DNA of 63,868 bases, the filler included, from Reclinomonas americana ATCC 50394 (lineage: Eukaryota): NCBI GenBank assembly GCA_048213135.1. It is 16 parts of 16 records of this genome, joined end to end, with 100 filler letters (N's around TTAATTAATTAA, not from the genome) between each part and the next. Parts side by side here need not be neighbours in the genome. Positions count along the whole stretch, not along the records: positions 56,312 to 59,887 come from AFZH01023601.1; positions 59,988 to 62,569 come from AFZH01023603.1; positions 62,670 to 63,868 come from AFZH01023618.1; 13 more parts are not named here. One strand, 5' to 3'. How positions within the stretch are numbered: the first letter of the stretch is position 1; every line of letters begins with the position of its first letter. Under the pieces are notes generated by a model. That model was not told where the DNA came from. It saw nothing but the letters and a program-made list of their open reading frames with translations, and made no database searches. Positions 59,711 to 63,868 of the stretch are shown here, piece after piece. A program made the translations under genes and the position numbers.

Positions 59711-60074
59711 GAGGCGACTGCAGTGAGCGTTTTCCTCTCTTTTTTCCTCTCGCTTGTGTAATGCACCAAAACGCGACAAAATATGCCGGGTTCATCATAT
59801 GTGACAGGATTTAAACTAAGCTCTCAGAGACGAATGAGTGTTCACCTCGCGCCTCGAGTTCTCGACTTGGAGGTTGCTGTTTTGTCGNNNNNNNNNNNNN
59901 NNNNNNNNNNNNNNNNNNNNNNNNNNNNNNNTTAATTAATTAANNNNNNNNNNNNNNNNNNNNNNNNNNNNNNNNNNNNNNNNNNNNCGCCGTGTGGACC
60001 ATCACGCACGTGACGACTCCGGTAACGCTTTCCTGCGCACTGCAGTCACCGTTGCTCTGTTACTGACACGCAGA

Positions 60075-62530
60075 GAATGCAGACGGGCTCTCACATGCCG
60101 CCGGATGCCGACCTGTTCGCCGTCCGCTTCCTGCAAGCGTGGCAGTTTGACAAGTGCAAGCTGTCGCCCGATGTCAGCAAGCTGTTGACGGCACAGTTGA
60201 CACAGTTCACTACGCACGTCATACAGACGCATGTGAGTGTCGCCTGCTACTGTGAGGGCTCTCTCTCTTCCGTCTCACTCCTCTCTCCCACGGCAGAGCG
60301 GCAAGGTCCTGCAAGTGTACGAGCACATTCGCGAGTACACCAACGCCGCCACCATCAAGCGCTTCTTCATGAAGGCACTCAACTCGAAGGTACCGAAAGC
60401 CGGCGCCTCTGCACCGCCGCCAGTGGGCGCAGCCATGGCCTTTGTGGACATGCACTCGCACTCGGAGCCCATTCTCGGCAGGTGCGAAGAAGGAGAAGGA
60501 AAATGATCGCTAACTCTCTCTCTCTCTTTCCCTCTCCCCCCTCCTCTCTCTCTCTCGCTGTCTGTCTTTGTCTATATTTCTTTCGTTGTCGCTATCTCTG
60601 TCTGTCTCACTGTCTCTATCTCTCTCCTATTCACGCTCTCGCTGTCTCTCGCTGTCTCTCTCGCTCCTTGTCTCTCTTTGTCGCTATATCTGTCTGTCTC
60701 TCTCCCTTTCTCCCTTTATCTGTCGTTATGTATGTCTGTCTGTCTGTCTGTCTGCCTCTCTGTCTCTCTCCTCTCTCGCTCCCTTTTACCCCCTCTTCTC
60801 TCTCCCCTTTCTCTCTCCCCTATCTCCCTCTCCCCTTTCTCCCTCCCCCCTTTCTCCCTCTCCCTCTCTTTCCCTCCCTGTCTCCCCCTTTCTCCCTCTT
60901 TCTCTCCCTCCCCCCTCTCTCTCCCTCCGCCCCTCCTCCCTCACTCTCTCCCTCTCTTCATCCACCACAGCGCGCACGTGCACCACGTGACACCAGAGTC
61001 GATTTTGTTCGAGGAGGCCATGGTGGCGGTGGAGAGCAGCTCAGCTTGGTCGATTATGGCAAGGATGCGCAATCTGGCGGGCTTTATTCGTGTGCCGCGT
61101 TTGCCGTCACTGCCGAGCGTGAAGGCCAAGATGCCGAATACCACATTCAGCTCGAAAGTGCAGGCGACAGCGCAGGTTCGAGTGTGTCGCGGAGTGTAGG
61201 TGGAGTTCTTCTTGCGGCTGACGCATATTGATGGTAATGCAGGCTCGCGCCAAGACCCTGGTGAAGAATGGCATCACCACCGCCTCGCAGCACAATGTCG
61301 GCGTGGAGTTCGGCGACTCGAATGCGGAAGGCAGAGTGGGCAAGAAGCACGTGCCACCGGTGATCAAGGGCTCTCCAGTGCACAGTTTCGTTGTCGAAGT
61401 TTGTAGCGACCAGGTTGGATCGTGCCAGCTGATGAGTGTTCGCAGGTGGCAAGGAAGACAAGAATGTGGCAGATGGCATGACTGGTGATCAGGTTTGTGC
61501 CACGAGGGGGAAGGTGGAACGAGGAGCGAGAATTAGTGAGAAGCACGAAGATTGATGATTTATTTGACTGTGAGTTTCTCTTTCTCCTCCCAGAAATCTC
61601 CATTCCCGTTCTCTCTTCTCGCCTCTTATCGACTCTTCCGTCTCCTTCCTGCTGTCCCTTCCCCCCGCTTCTTTTTACTTCCCTTTCCCTCCTCTTTCTC
61701 CCCTTCCCCTCGTGTCCCTTCCCCTTCTTCCCCTTCTCATCCCTTCCCCTTTCCCCGTTCCACATTCTCCATCTTGCAATCCTTCGCTTCCCCTTCCTCT
61801 GCTGTCCCCTTCCCCTTCAGTCTCCTTCCCTTCTCCCCCTTCCCCTGCTGTCCCCTTCCCCTTCTCCCCTTCCCTTCCCCCCTACCCCTTCTGTCCCCTT
61901 CTCCCCCTTCTCATCCCCTTTCCCCCTCCCCCTTGAAAGCCCAACGGCATGTCCACAAAGAACGGCACAATCGTCAAGGTGGCCTTGGTATCCAGCACAC
62001 CGCTCGCCCCCAGGAATCACTATTCGTACTCCGACTCTGGCTCTGCTGGACTGCTGCTGGCGGAGGTACCGACGGAGGAGCCACTGGCCTTTGTGAAGCA
62101 CCCGGAGCACTATCGTGTGGATGTTGAGTGTGTGAGTCTCTGTCTTGTCTTCTTTGTCGACTCTCACCACTTGAATGACACAGAATTCTTTCTACGGCAC
62201 CTTTTTCACTCCCCGCCAATCACTGCAAATGAGCTTTCCCACGCACACTCTCGACACGGGCGAGAAGCTGATTCGCGGGTGAGTGACCTGTGTGATTTTC
62301 CAGAAACCTTGGTGAGTGACTGAATCCTCCATTTCTTCTGCAGTGCCTGCTCCGGTGCCGTGGAGCCAATGCTGCTGCAACGAGAGCTCTCCAAGAGCAC
62401 CATTAATGAGGAATTTGTGCATCACATGATGGCAGTCGTGCAGCAAGTGATGGCTGACTGCCAGCCAACAGCGTTGCAAGTGGTGCGGCACGAATCGATG
62501 TCATCCCCTTACATCTCGTTGTCTAACGCC
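60075..62530 (+). CDS. Internal exons of an unidentified protein
   Basis: Phase-compatible exons separated by short introns and two long CT-rich introns (~60482-60970, ~61571-61939). No motif recognised. Confidence 0.5.
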
Positions 62531-62669
62531 TCTCTGTGTCTCTGTCTGTCTCTCTCTCTCTCTCTCTCTNNNNNNNNNNNNNNNNNNNNNNNNNNNNNNN
62601 NNNNNNNNNNNNNTTAATTAATTAANNNNNNNNNNNNNNNNNNNNNNNNNNNNNNNNNNNNNNNNNNNN

Positions 62670-62850
<181 letters not shown>

Positions 62851-62854
62851 ATAG

Positions 62855-63138
62855 CCGCCGACTCGGGCATGTTTGTGGGTCCGCGCGCTGGGGCCTACGC
62901 CACGCCTTCCACAAAGGCACTGTTCCGCTCCCTCGACGATGAGTTCGCCGGCAAGGAGGTGCACAGTGGCGAGGCGTCGTTCTCGAGCCTGGTGCAGGAG
63001 CCGTGGGAGGCGGAGGATGCGTTTGAGGATGATTTGGTGCGCGTCACCGCCGATGACCTCGACGATCGCACGCACATGCATACGGAGGGGAGCAGCAGTG
63101 CCAGCAGTGTTGGCGCGGGAGGGAGGTTGAGCTTGCAG
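62855..63138 (+). CDS. Isolated acidic internal exon of an unknown gene
   Basis: TAG acceptor at 62854, CAG|GTATGC donor at 63139, open frame with coding-like composition. Confidence 0.5.
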
Positions 63139-63149
63139 GTATGCAAAGG

Positions 63150-63385
63150 GGAAGGGAGATGAAGGGAGATGAAGGGAAAGGGTGGGGAGGGGAAAGGGTG
63201 GGGAGAAGGGAAAGGGTGGGGAGAAGTGAAAGGGTGTGGAGAAGGGAAAGGGTGGGGAGATGAAGGGAAAGGGTGGGGAGAAGGGAAAGGGGTGGGGAGG
63301 GGAAAGTGCGGACAGAGAGGAGAGGTGTGAGAAGGGAAAGGGTGGGGATAGGAAAGGGTGGAGAGGGGAAAGGGAAGAGAGGGGA
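63150..63385. repeat. ~18-bp G-rich minisatellite (GAAGGGAAAGGGTGGGGA), G4-prone; (GA)n again at 63788-63857
   Basis: About eight degenerate tandem copies. Confidence 0.85.
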
Positions 63386-63785
63386 CATAAAATAGAGTGT
63401 GTATGGTTTGTGCGACAGAGTTGAGGAATAAGGAGCGACAGCACGTTTGCGCAGCTGAGATCTTGATGCTTTGTTGGCGGGTGAGAGAAAGATCTTGGTG
63501 TGCTGTGATTGTATCGACGAAGCGGCAGCAACAGCAAGATTGTGCAGCTGAGTTGTTGTTGCTTTGTGAAAGGGTGTGAGACAAGCAGAGAGAGAAAGCG
63601 TGTATCAGTGTGTTGTGGATTTGTTGAGGTTACTGCGTCGAAACAAAGTTGTTCTGCTGGGATGTTGAGAGAGGGATGTTGAGAGAACGAGATAAGAAAC
63701 AGAGAGACAGCAGCTCAAAGTTCTGTTGTGTTTGTGATTTCGTTCGGTTACCAGATCACGGCTGATGTTTGTTTGATAAAGCGAC

Positions 63786-63860
<75 letters not shown>

Positions 63861-63868
63861 TAGAGTAG

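Overview
The window is a concatenation of 16 contigs joined by 15 artificial 100-nt linkers (N44-TTAATTAATTAA-N44). Twelve contigs come from an intron-rich eukaryote, probably a flagellated protist, using the standard genetic code, with mostly 40-170 nt introns and GA/CT/GT microsatellites. They carry a >9 kb orphan gene, OSCA/TMEM63, LOG, a large Cys-paired beta-sandwich repeat surface protein, a ~10 kb gene with two STAND NTPase modules plus an SH3 domain, a coiled-coil protein, a membrane-anchored S1 protease, TEL2, NOP10 and a FOP/CEP43-like gene. Four contigs (44814-56211) are bacterial and alphaproteobacteria-like. They hold a partly frameshifted copper-resistance cluster and an IS66 remnant interrupted by an IS256 and by a four-gene large-serine-recombinase element. 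The best leads are: (1) the NACHT-SH3-repeat-NB-ARC tandem STAND protein; (2) recurrent register-shifted GTTGCGT 5' splice sites, fixed by homology in NOP10, LOG and OSCA; (3) the recombinase element with 19-bp operator-like boxes and an A7 slippery run. All family assignments come from motif recognition by eye, no searches were run, and exon boundaries are manual.
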